A stretch of DNA of 62,209 nucleotides, the filler included, from Kipferlia bialata (Eukaryota): the NCBI GenBank assembly GCA_003568945.1. It is 4 parts of 4 records of this genome, joined end to end, with 100 filler letters (N's around TTAATTAATTAA, not from the genome) between each part and the next. Parts side by side here need not be neighbours in the genome. Positions count along the whole stretch, not along the records: positions 17,899 to 35,694 come from BDIP01000507.1; positions 35,795 to 48,626 come from BDIP01000508.1; 2 more parts are not named here. The stretch is one strand, 5' to 3'. Positions 26,501 through 38,022 of the stretch are shown one piece after another. Position numbers and translations under genes: made by a program. The notes below the pieces were generated by a model. The model was given only the letters and a program-made list of their open reading frames with translations, made no database searches and had not been told where the DNA came from. Position 1 is the first letter of the stretch. Each line of letters begins with the position of its first letter.

Positions 26501-29500
26501 GGGGGAGGGCAGGCCAACTAGGCCATGGCCTGGGGGGTGAGACGGTACATAGAGGAGACCAAGTGACTAAAGGCAGACTCGGAAGTCGTTGTAGATCTAG
26601 TACGCCGTACCTGTCTGTGCGGCTGCGGCACTGAATGCATCCTCGGTACCCTGGGGGTGAGGGATATGCGTACTTACACACACTGCACAAAATAGATTTC
26701 ATAGTGTAGCATTGGCTTGAATACTACGTCAATAAGAATAAGGCCAGTACCTGCATGAGGGTCTCGTCCAGGTTGAGCGTCTCTGCCAGTGACCTTGTCA
26801 ATGACTCTCCCCTCTTGAGACTGAGGGTCAGGTACCCACCCAGGGAGTGCATGGATAGGTGGGAGAGGGAGTCAGACCTGTCCCTCCCACCCCTCCCTCT
26901 CTCCCTCTCTCTAGGCTCTGTATCACTAGGGCAGGACCCATCTGCTAGGGATGTGTGCAGAGGGGTACCATGAGAGACAGAGCCGTGTCTGGGCCTATCC
27001 ACCATGTGACTCAGGACCTCGAAGAGGGAGCCTGAGGGGTTGAGAGATAGTCAATACCAGAATATACTACAATACATATACACATATCCCATACCTGCAG
27101 CTCTCCCCAGTGCCAGTGCGTGTACATATACATTCCCACATATATATACATTCTATATGTACACTATCTATCCATTCCATACCTGCTGCCCTCCCCAGTG
27201 CCAGTGCGTGTATGGCCACTGTCATGGAGGCATATATACACATAGATACTATATATATCACCATATATATATACTATACATATGGAATCTATACCTGCCG
27301 CTCTCCCCAGTGCCAGTGCGTGTCTGGCCACTGTCATGGACGCATGGACAACACCAGAGGCAGAGAGGTTGGTACTAGTATGCACCCCCCTCTGTCTACC
27401 CAGACACACCAGACTCCAGTGTACAGAGGGTGTACTATCCTTGTACATATGCTCAGAGGATGTACTCTCACTACACTGTGCCGGGAGGGTTGGGATGGAC
27501 AGACACAGAATGTGGTGTCTAACCACCATACAAGACCTTCCATCCATACACAGCTCAGTGTCTATATGACCATGGCCCTGAGCATGGGTATCCATGCCTA
27601 TTGACGCAGAGGCGTCTGGGTAGACAGGGATCAGGTCAACCTGGTATCAGATACAGAGACAACTCTTCACGTACTGATCGAGAGACAGTGTCTCACCTTC
27701 CTCCCTACCCCCAGCACGGCTGATGGCCCCCCTCCCCCCTGCACTCTGTGTCTCTCAGTCCCATGCCTCTGCCCTATCAGCACCATACTGAGACACGACT
27801 CCACCACTACACCCCTGGATGCACATGCTATGGAGTGTAAGGTATCCACACCCACCCTGGGTACACACAGCACACCGTGCCCCTCTAACCTATCAGCAAC
27901 CCCTTGATGCACTGTACCACTACATAGCAGTATACAGGGGGGACCTAGGGATAGTATGGATTGCACCACCGTGTCACACGCCCTGGCCTCTGCACCAGAC
28001 TCCTTAGCATGTATCACATCAGACAGAGAGAGAGAGAGAGACGGGTACAGGCACAGGGGGGTCACATCCCCATCGACTAGTAGAATACAAGGGGCAGAGG
28101 GGTGGGGATCGGCATTGGCAGGGCCAGACGAGCCTCTCGTAGGGGTACGTGGCATACTACTTGGGGAGTGTGGGTATAGGGGACATGACACTGAGTTGGC
28201 AGGGTGGCACTCCAGTGCTATACCCTGCACTACGCGAGATAGAGGGTGGGGGGAGAGAGGACAAGGTGTGTCTGTTCCCTCCAACGTCTCAGCTTCTCTC
28301 TCCTCTGTATCCCCACAGTAGTACCCACCCAGTACGTGTATTCCGCTATCTGGGTTGGTATCAGCACCACTCCCTGCAGATAGTGGTAGTGCCACACACA
28401 CTGCCTCGACATACGCACTGATGAGTCTGGACCAGCCGTCTAGGGCAGAGTTCTCTCTCTCTCCTAGGAGAACCTCTCTCTCCCCCTCCATGCCTCTCAG
28501 AGCAAAGTGCATGTTCTGTAGGATGGTACAGGCAACCATCTGCCTGGCCTGGTGGGTAAGACTACATATATAGTACCAACACCACAGACTACCTGCAACA
28601 CACACTGGCAGTACTACATACCTGTCCTGGAAGTATACACATATTCATATTCATATACCACATGCTATAACTGGCATACCTGTCTGGCCAGTGGGTGGTC
28701 TGAGAGGATGGACGCATGGGCAGAGGGCTCTGCCATCCCCACACCACTAGTCTTCCCAGTAACACCCTTATCAGAGTAAGGGTCTGCCAAACTACGCTTG
28801 CTACCACTGCTCCTCCGTAAGGTAACTGACGGTGAATACACTGTAAAGGACAGGGTATCATCCATGGCATTCTCTCCCTCTTCTGTCTCTGAGCCACGAC
28901 CCTTCCTCCTGCCCCTCTTGTCTCTCTCCCTCTTAACCCTCTTGCTTCGGGTAAGGGCCGCCTCCAACCTCGACCAGTCCGCCTCCTCCTCCCTCTCCCT
29001 CTCTCCCTCTACACCCCTTCTCTCCCCCTCTATCCCCCTCATCATGGCCTCCAGAGAGGCAGGGGGTAAGTCTGAGCAGTACAGTGTCTGGGCAGCATGT
29101 GTAGGGATAGGGGGGAGGGGGCGTCGGTGGGCCTGCATACCCCTCTCCCTCTCCCTCTCTCTCTCACCATGTGGTGTCCCTCCCTCATACTCTATGGACA
29201 CAGACCCCTGGCCCCTCTCCACACGCACCCTCAGAGCTCTCTCTCCCCCTCTCCCCCTCTCTGCCACCTCCTGACCCAGCATGCAGGCAGAGACTATGCC
29301 CTGACTGCAGGTGGGACACGCAGTGAGGGTGACAGTGGAAGGTGGGGTGTCCGAGGGAGAGGGAGAGGTAGAGGGAGAGAGGAGGGTGCTGAGAGGGGCA
29401 CTCACTGTGAATGAGCAGGCCATGCACACAGGGCACCCGCAGACCTGAGAATCAATCATTAACTATCAAAGAGACATTGTAATATATATGTCACGTCATA

Positions 29501-29876
29501 TATGATACCTCACACACACGAGAGCGCTGTGACTGTGGGAGAGAGCGGCCCTTGCGCCTCTGGGCCCTGGGGTCAGTACATCAAAATCATGCAGAGGCAG
29601 ACAAGTCAATACAGACGGAGAGAGGTAACACATCACAATATATAACTAATGACAACAGAAACATAGAGTCAGACGATGAGTAAAGAGTAGGACTCCTACT
29701 AGGAGAATTCACCTTCAGAGCTAATGAAACGAAGACAGGTATGAGAGCGGTGGAGAGAGAGAGAGCATGCCATATAATACCTTGAAAGCTTTGCTGGTGT
29801 GCTGATGTCCCCAGCGCATAGAGAACACCTCTGGAGTGAGGAAGGGGGGGGGGGGGTACACACTGATGTCGCTCAT
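20512..29876 (-). CDS. FAB1: Phosphatidylinositol-3-phosphate 5-kinase Fab1/PIKfyve
   Basis: Domain order: FYVE-like (CEVCGCPVCMACS..CPTC), TCP-1/chaperonin-like (RVVQGIAL..CILLV..GVLCVPRV), Cys/His conserved region (YMHGERVV, CRQC, CGHS), then PIP-kinase motifs YPMHFRALR, GGKSGSAF, DIKGSMRNR, KDEN, VVDYSALLG, GVIDY and PTIVRPALYRRRFMAAM. Start uncertain (29876, or further upstream near 30217). Confidence 0.93.
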
Positions 29877-30635
29877 GACTCAAATACGCATCCGCTGCAA
29901 CCAGTGGCTACAAATACTGTGGGCAGTGAGAGTTGGTGTGCATTGGATACCTCACTGTCAGAAATGTCCTCCCCTCTGACCAGAGGGAGGTACGGCACCA
30001 CACCCGATATACGTGGCCCAGGTGGATGTGTCCGTGCCTCTATGACTGCGTCACTCTGGATGAGGGTGACACCCGCTGTGTCTGTGCTCACATGCAGAGG
30101 GGGGAGACTGCCCCCATTGCCCATTAACCCGGCATTTACGGCATTTGAGGAAGGGCTGGACGGACTGGCCAGATGTCCATATGTGTCAGCCAGGCATCGG
30201 TATCCCCCATGGGACATTCAACACCTTGGTCCTGTCTCCACTGTGGAGTCCACAACACCCACGTCCTATAAAGCAGAGTCATAGATGCGGCATCGTTCTA
30301 TGAACGGTCTCACAATACTCATGATGTCTATAAATAGTACCACTTGTTCACATACGAGAGGAACGGAAGAGTCTTGGAGTCCTTTGCTACTGTTTTGAGT
30401 TGCGTCTTGACATCATACATCAACTGAGCGGTGTTAGCTATGACGTCGGCAGCACTGCTCCATCCAGTGACAAGTCTCGACAAGTAAGAAATACTAGACC
30501 CCTATCTATTCCGACCAATGTGCTTCCGAATCAGCGATCCGCTTCAACGCCAGACAGCGACTACTGAAGAGCCTGTTACAGTACAGCCTCATTTGTACCC
30601 TTCTTGTTGGCTTTTGTAGCTAGGAGTGGCGAAAG

Positions 30636-31460
30636 ATGGGTTTTTGCTGCTCGGATGAGGCCACGAAGCAGGCCAAGAAGAGAAACTCGAAGGTCGAGAA
30701 GACTCTGAGGGCCAAGAATGCCTCTTTCGAGGAGGAGATCAGGATTCTCCTACTAGGTGAGGCCTATATGTTCCATTTTGTTGCCTAGTGCAGTTGCAGG
30801 GAGTATGTGCGTCTTGCCGAATCCGACCTTCTTCGTCTCTCACCCCTCAGGTGCCGGTGGCAGTGGCAAGTCCACCATCTTCAGGCAGATGAAGATCCTC
30901 CACAACAACGGCTTCTCCCACGAGGAGCGTCTGCGCTTCAGGCCCATCCTGAGGCAGAATGTGATGTCGTCCATCCTGGCTCTGATTGGGGCCTGTGCCC
31001 GGTTCAAGATCCACCTCGAGTCCCTGGAGCACAAGAAGCTGGCCGACAGGCTGCTGTCCATGTCCGCCACAGCCCCATACAGCCCACAGCTCGGCAAGGA
31101 GATCGCCACACTCTGGCAGGTAATGTCTAGTGGATGTGTCAGTGTGGGTTGCTAACGGTCAACTTCGTCTGTCGTGCTTATTCTCTCTCTCCCCATTGGT
31201 ATGGATGTCTATATGGTATATGTGTATACCACCCTACTCAAGTACAGCAGTGAGCTGTCTTGTTCTCCACATTCATTCAGGCCAATACCACTTTCTGCAC
31301 TCATATTCAGGTCTCACCTCTTTTGTATATGTGTCTATATTAGCCTCCATCAGTATCTGTTTCTCTGTATATATGTCCCTGACACTATCTATTCTTCTAT
31401 ATATGTCCCAGGACCCCCAGGACCAGGGCATCAAGGTCGTAATACATAACTTACTATTTA

Positions 31461-31509
<49 letters not shown>

Positions 31510-31840
31510 GCCCCTGATACCCAGGACCAGGGCATCAAGCGTGCCTTTGAGCACAGGCACAGGTTCCAGCTGCTGGAGTCTGCAAAGTACGTCATGTATA
31601 TGTACCCATATTTATACATTGCGTGTAGACGTCAGTCTGGCATGAAGATCATCCCTTGGTCCCTCTCTCCGTATATCTAGACTTTATGAGACTGCGTCCA
31701 TTTCTATGTTGCCCCTTGACCTCTCTCTCTCCCCCTCTCTCTTAATATATGTGTCTCCCTCTGACCCCCAGGTATGCCCTTGACCGTGCTGAGATGTTCG
31801 GCCAGCCTGACTTTGTGCCAGACGCCTCAGACGTCCTCAG
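30636..31840 (+). CDS. Heterotrimeric G-protein alpha subunit, N-terminal half (exons 30636-30756, 30851-31119, 31525-31586, 31772-31840); the rest is lost at a gap
   Basis: MGFCCS lipidation-type N-terminus, IRILLLGAGGSGKSTIFRQMKILH, LWQDQGIK..FQLLESAKY and FVPDASDVL. Confidence 0.95.
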
Positions 31841-31874
31841 GTATCTATATATGTGTGTGTGAGAGAATCTCTTC

Positions 31875-31915
<41 letters not shown>

Positions 31916-31921
31916 CCCCCC

Positions 31922-32181
31922 NNNNNNNNNNNNNNNNNNNNNNNNNNNNNNNNNNNNNNNNNNNNNNNNNNNNNNNNNNNNNNNNNNNNNNNNNNNNNNN
32001 NNNNNNNNNNNNNNNNNNNNNNNNNNNNNNNNNNNNNNNNNNNNNNNNNNNNNNNNNNNNNNNNNNNNNNNNNNNNNNNNNNNNNNNNNNNNNNNNNNNN
32101 NNNNNNNNNNNNNNNNNNNNNNNNNNNNNNNNNNNNNNNNNNNNNNNNNNNNNNNNNNNNNNNNNNNNNNNNNNNNNNNNN
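31922..32181. other. Assembly gap (260 N) flanked by poly-C/poly-G
   Basis: Seen directly. Confidence 0.97.
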
Positions 32182-32277
32182 TTTATTAAAGGGGGGGGGG
32201 GGGGCCCCCCCCCCCCCCCCACCCCATCCAAACCCTGTTCCCTTCCTCTCTCTCCCTTCCGCACCCACCCCAGAGCC

Positions 32278-34393
32278 ATGTCCCGTCGTGAGCTGGGTCT
32301 GTTCCACCTCACCAACACAGACTTCAACGAGGACGCATTCAGGTATCGGTCAAGTATGTAGTGGACATGTACATAGATATAGTTCACCCTCCTGAGTGCA
32401 TCGTGTATCCTAGCCCACTTCTGTCTGACCCCAGGGGTGCCCCCAGCCTGGAGTCCAAGGCACGGACACAGCGGATGCTGGATGAGCAGAGGCAGAGGGA
32501 GAGAGAGGACATGGAGAGACTAGCCAGCAGGGACCACGTCAGAATGCAGGTGTGTGTGGGGTGTATCATTGTACCTACCATCTCCCTACCCGTGTCTGTC
32601 TGACCCCTAGAGACAGAGACAGCGGGGCCTGGCAGACGGGTCCATGGTGGTGCCCCCCTCTGAGAGTGTGCAGGCCACCAAGGCCAGGCTCATGGAGGCA
32701 CAGGTAGATACACTGATGCATATACTATATATTGTATATATTGAGACATACCACCAAGGCCAGGCTCATGGAGGCACAGGTATCAGTATCAGTATGATAC
32801 TTATACTGTGTATACTATATACTCTGAGACACTCCACCAACTGCTGCACTCATGGAGTCTCTCTGTTTCTCTCTATCTCACCCTGCCCCTTCGCTCACCC
32901 TGCAGCGTCTGAGCCACGACCCCTCCCAGTCCCATGGGCCACACGTCACAAGGGGTATGGAAGTCTTGTAAAGTAGTGATTTCTTGTTATACTCTGTATA
33001 TACTTACCTTACCCCAGCTGCCCCTCAGTCTGACCTCACCTCCTTCCTCCCTAGCTCTGTGGCACCCGAGGGACCCCCCAGCGACCTGTCCCAAGGGTTT
33101 AGCAGTGCCAGTGAGCCCCAGGCCAAGAGGAGAGCAGAGGCTGCCCCAGCCGACCTCATGTCACAGGTCGAGACAATGCTCAGGTGTGTAGTGGTGGTAT
33201 GTAATTGTATATACATGTGTATCACTGCATTACTGCTAGTCTCTCTGACCAAGCAGGACCAGGTCCCAGCAGGGTGACGTTGCGTCTGTGGCGTCTGAGC
33301 TTCGGTTGGCCTCCAGCCACAGTGCAGTCAGGAGGAGACCGGTGGGGGGATCGGGTCCAAAGGGGGCCAGCAAGACACGGGTAGGGCGGTACTGGTACAC
33401 TAGGGTGTATATAGTATGTATATATGTCAGAGTCTCACCCCCAGGCCCCTGGCGGTGCCGCTAGACCCAAGGTGCGTGGCAGCATCAGCCTGAGTGCCAG
33501 GAGGGGCAGAGGGGGGAGGGGCAGGGGGAGGCCCAGGTCCCAGCACTCATCCCACGCAGGTATATGTATGTGTGTGTGTATATATGTATCTTCATGGCAG
33601 AGTCATGGTTTGTTAGAGTATCTGTGAAACTCTCTCCCTCATATGTCTCCCTCCCTGACCCTAGGAGAGGGCACCGATGGTGGCAGGGGCGTGGGACTTG
33701 GCCTGGGGGCAGCTAGGGATGCAAGGTGGTATGCACTGTATATAATAGTATGTATATAGTGGTATCAGTCACGCTACACTGAGAGTCATTGTTACCCCTA
33801 GACTCTTTGCATTGGCGCCCCTCCCCCATCACACTCACTGTCAGTGAGGATGAGTCCAGTGAGAGTGAGTCTGGTAGTGGCGGGGACAGTGACTCGGGCA
33901 GTGAGGTGGACCTCTCAGCCTCTGACTCCGACGAGGACTACAAGTCTCTCATCTTCAAGGGTAGGGCGCCATGGCAGATAGTGTGGCATGTACATTTGTA
34001 TTGCTGCATAGTATATATATACTAACCTCTAGGCAGTGGCCAGGAGGAGCTGAAGCGCATCTTTGAGATGCCCAGTCTGGTCCTGGCCAGAGTGCCAGAC
34101 CTCAACAAGAGCATAGTGTACAAGTCCCGGTTCAGGCGATACGACATCAAGGACATCTCATACGGGTATATCAGGTGCAGACCTTGGGTAGTACTAGTAC
34201 TCTCAACTTGGAAGCATATGTATAGCTACCTTGTACTACGCGTATCAGTCTGACGTGCAGGATCAGTGGCCAGGAGGACTTCTTCCGGGGTGCTGGCATC
34301 ACCATAGACCACGAGGCCATGCACCGACAAGAGAGGGAGAGGGAGAGACACGCCCTGGGGCATGGGCATGGGATTGATAGCGATGAGGAATAG
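32278..34393 (+). CDS. Multi-exon hypothetical protein, low complexity (Arg/Gly-rich and acidic Ser-rich segments)
   Basis: GT-AG exons join from MSRRELGLFHLTNTDFNEDAF to GIDSDEE-TAG. No family recognised. It may have further 5' exons inside the gap. Confidence 0.65.
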
Positions 34394-34685
34394 ATCCCAT
34401 TCATCTGACTCAATCTACCTAACTACATTGGGTACATACACAGACAAGTATATTTAATGTTCTGTAAGTGAGGAGCTATTGCCCTGAAAGTAGTATATTA
34501 GTAGCAGAAGTGTGTCATCTGGTCATTTAAGTGGTTACAAGGCCCAGTAAGGATAGTTACTCACTCAATTGTGATTGTCGGAGAATGCCGAAGGTCAAGT
34601 CGGAGGTCGACTCACTACAGCAAAGGGCAACCAAATAGGCTTTTTACCCATACCTGCCCACCCAAGAGACCTGAAAGTGAGCAAT

Positions 34686-35552
34686 ATGGACGCTACCGAG
34701 GCGCCTGAGGCTCTGGCTGAGCTCCGTCGCCTGGCCCACTCCTGTAGCCTTACCGAGGGGTGCCTTGATGCCGCTCTGCCCCTTATCGAGACCCAGTGGT
34801 ACGAGCTGACGGATCTGATAGAGTCCCTGGAGGGATGCGTGGCTGGGTGTGATGCTGGGGTGGTTCTGAGGCTCCACCGCGTGCTGTCCCGGCTGTACTT
34901 CTACCTAGATGACATGCCCATGGCCTCAGCCCATGCCCTGAGGGGGCAGTACAGCTATGAGGTAAGGGAGGGGTAGGGGGAGTGCTCAGTGATAGTCTGT
35001 GGTGCTGTGTGGGCAGGTTGTTGGGTGTATATGCTGCCATGGTGTCGGTTGGGATGACCCGTATATGTGTGGTCTGTATGTGTGTAGTGTACAGTGATTC
35101 CCACGCATCCATTACTGGTGTATATACTGATATATACTCTTCTGCTGTGAATAATGCGTGATATTCTTCATATGGGATACATGTTGTGGCGTCATGTTAC
35201 CCTAACGTGTCATATCATGGACTTGCGTGATCTGCCTCTTTGATGGCTTTACCCACTCTCTCCTGTAGTCTGAAGCCCTTGGTTACCCCTACAGTACCCA
35301 ACCACGATATATTCTGTCTCTAACCGCAGGCCCAGACACAGTATGCCCACCACGTGACTGAGTACATTCTGAGTCAGTACTCTGGCATCAAGAGGCGGAT
35401 AGAGGCCAAGGCAGAGACAGAGGCAGAGGCAGAGACAGAGACAGAGGGTGAGGAGGCTGACTCCCCGGCCCCCACAGACACCAAGGCAGAGGCCAAGACT
35501 GAGCACCCCCTACTTGGACTGATGCCCCAGATGGAGCTGGTCGTGGCAGCAG
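34686..35552 (+). CDS. RPN2: 26S proteasome regulatory subunit Rpn2/PSMD1, N-terminal two exons (34686-34961, 35330-35552), 3'-truncated
   Basis: QWYELTDLIESLE, LSRLYFYLDDMPMASAHALRG and TQYAHHVTEYILSQY follow the Rpn2 N-terminal pattern W.EI...IE / SKV.Y.L......YAL.A / EY......ID.Y. Confidence 0.75.
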
Positions 35553-35643
35553 GTACTCACAGAGTGCTAGTGGATATGTACATTACATTCAGAGTGGTCG
35601 TATTCAATTAGCATTCCCCTGACAAGTCGCCTACTTGATGACT

Positions 35644-35694
<51 letters not shown>

Positions 35695-35794
35695 NNNNNN
35701 NNNNNNNNNNNNNNNNNNNNNNNNNNNNNNNNNNNNNNTTAATTAATTAANNNNNNNNNNNNNNNNNNNNNNNNNNNNNNNNNNNNNNNNNNNN
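35695..35794. other. Artificial scaffold linker
   Basis: N44-TTAATTAATTAA-N44. Confidence 0.97.
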
Positions 35795-35800
35795 GGGAGA

Positions 35801-35836
<36 letters not shown>

Positions 35837-36678
35837 AGGGGGTATATACCACAAGGGAAACACATGCCCGGAGACCCCACTAAATTCCCATTAGTCATCC
35901 GTATCATGGTTACATACATGATATGTATGAATACGAAGGGAAGGGTAGAATGCGGCATAACGGCTTGGCCACACGTACACCAATAGAACACATGTCAATA
36001 CTGGTTAAAGGCATATATATTCACACAATACGCTACTTCTATAGCAACCCGTCTGTATAAGAGGCAACTACTGCATGAACACAACATGTATATATACACT
36101 CAGACACAGGTACAGTAAGGTTTCGTACAACTTACAAGGACCCTAAAAACCAATATATATATATGAATTATTATGCTACCACACTCTAAGCAGTGAATAC
36201 ACCGCCAACTTAGACACTAAGGTTGTATTACTGACCTTCAGCATATTAATACTGATATCCGTGTATACACACTCTCCTACACACAATATACACATCCATA
36301 GCTGCAATATGATATATATATGCCTACTATGAGTACCAATATATGGTATGTGTGTGGTTATGCAAATACTCTATGTACTGACCTTCAGCACAGCCATGGT
36401 CGGTGTTACTCTCCTAACGCCTTAGCGAAGGGTCCTAACTGCAACTATGCAGGGTGAACACGCGAGTGACTCAACGATACTGCGACCAGGTACTTCCAGT
36501 GTCCTCGCAGCTGCTAGAGTATCCAGTTGAGGGGAGAGCAGTGAGCAAGCACCATGTCCGAGAACAAAAAACACCAAAGGGTGCAGGTTCTTTTTGAAGT
36601 GCTTTGTAGTAAGGGTGTAGACGACTGTCTCTGGATTTTAGAGTCTTGTCTCCTTCACACACCCCAGTTGCCAAGCAC

Positions 36679-37831
36679 TATGGCATCCAAGGGTGGCTTC
36701 GCAGGCCTCTTCCTGCGCTGCAGTGCATCTGCATTCTATGTCGTGGGTGACACCATCTCTAGGTAGGGAGTAACGAATATATAGTCAATACTAATACTGT
36801 GCTAGAGCTGAAGGTTGAGATGTATAGCTGTATCCATGAGCTCAGAGGGGTGTATACCTGATGGTATCTGATATGGCATGGTGTGAATGTGGAGGGAGTC
36901 ATAGTATACATGCCGTGCATATTGTACAGAGGCACCATATATGCTTGCTGGTGTATCCACATGTAGTCCTCTTTTTTTGCCACATATGTCTCGATTCACT
37001 TACTAACACGTTAGGTACCATCGCACTATGGATGCCGTATGTATATGTGTGTGTCATTCCTGGTCTGTAATCTATATATATATGTACTATAGCTCATGGG
37101 CCCCATGCGTACATCCACTCCCCCATACCTGCCATTCTCTTTTCCACCCACTAACTGAACATGTTTCACTTGTATTATTTGAATGTATTGAATATACTAG
37201 GGACATTCATGGAACCCCCCCCCCCCCCATAACTACAGAGTTGTACATATTTCCCCTCTAGCATGCATGTCTCTCTCCCTCTCTCCCTCTCTCTTAGTAT
37301 ATATTTGTGGGTAGCACCCCAGTGTCTCCCCCCTCCTCTCTCTAACCTACATATGTGAGCAGTACCTGGGCATATCCTCCCCCCTCCAGCTGTCTCTCTC
37401 TCTCTCTCCCCCCATTCCCCTCTCTAACCCTGAGATGTCATCAGCACCTAGGCATATCATCCCCCTTTGCACATGTCTCCATCTCTCTCTCTCTCTCTCT
37501 ATATATATGAGTGTATATGTTTATCTAATCTTCAGGTGTGAGCTGCACCTAGTATATCCTACCCCCTTACCCTTACTATGTATATACAAATGAGTACATA
37601 TATATACATATACCTTACAAGTAGGTGTGAGCAGCACCTAGGCATATCCTCCCCCCTGCACCTGGCTGTCACTCTCTCTCTCTCTCTCTCGCTCTCTCTC
37701 TTCTTACAAATAGATGTGAGCAGCACCTAGGGATATCCTCCCCCCTCCATCTGGCTGTCAACCTGGGTGCAGAGCCACAGGCACCGTCGGACCCACACAT
37801 CTACAACTACTCGCTGACCAAGGACTATCCG
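36679..37831 (+). CDS. Two 5' exons (36679-36762, 37714-37831) of an incomplete gene, possibly the N-terminus of a dual-specificity-phosphatase-like protein
   Basis: A phase-compatible join gives MASKGGFAGLFLRCSASAF..EQHLGISSPLHLAVNLGAEPQAPSDPHIYNYSLTKDYP, loosely like GLFLG..LGI..V.N...E....Y....D.P. No catalytic motif is visible. Confidence 0.4.
37352..37760 (+). repeat. Four upstream copies of the 5' part of the exon at 37714, most with an AG acceptor
   Basis: TGTGAGCAGCACCTAGG(C/G)ATATCCTCCCCC variants at about 37353, 37434, 37536, 37625 and 37714. Confidence 0.88.
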
Positions 37832-37911
37832 GTAAGAATATGTACATATATATGTATATATATGGCCGGGGGGGGGGGGGGGGGGGGGCGGGGTTTGTGG
37901 TTTTTTTTTTT

Positions 37912-37949
<38 letters not shown>

Positions 37950-38022
37950 TTCTACTAGTACATTCTTATCTTAATGCGTATGTATATATATATATATGAA
38001 TGTATGTATGTATTCACCCCAG

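Noticed and set aside
29873..30284. Overlapping ORFs between Fab1 and G-alpha
   Set aside because: No recognisable motif, and I could not splice them in frame to Fab1. They may be UTR or an unresolved 5' exon.
32278..34393. Possible continuation of G-alpha after the gap
   Set aside because: No DVGGQ, NKxD or TCAT motifs, so this is an unrelated low-complexity protein.
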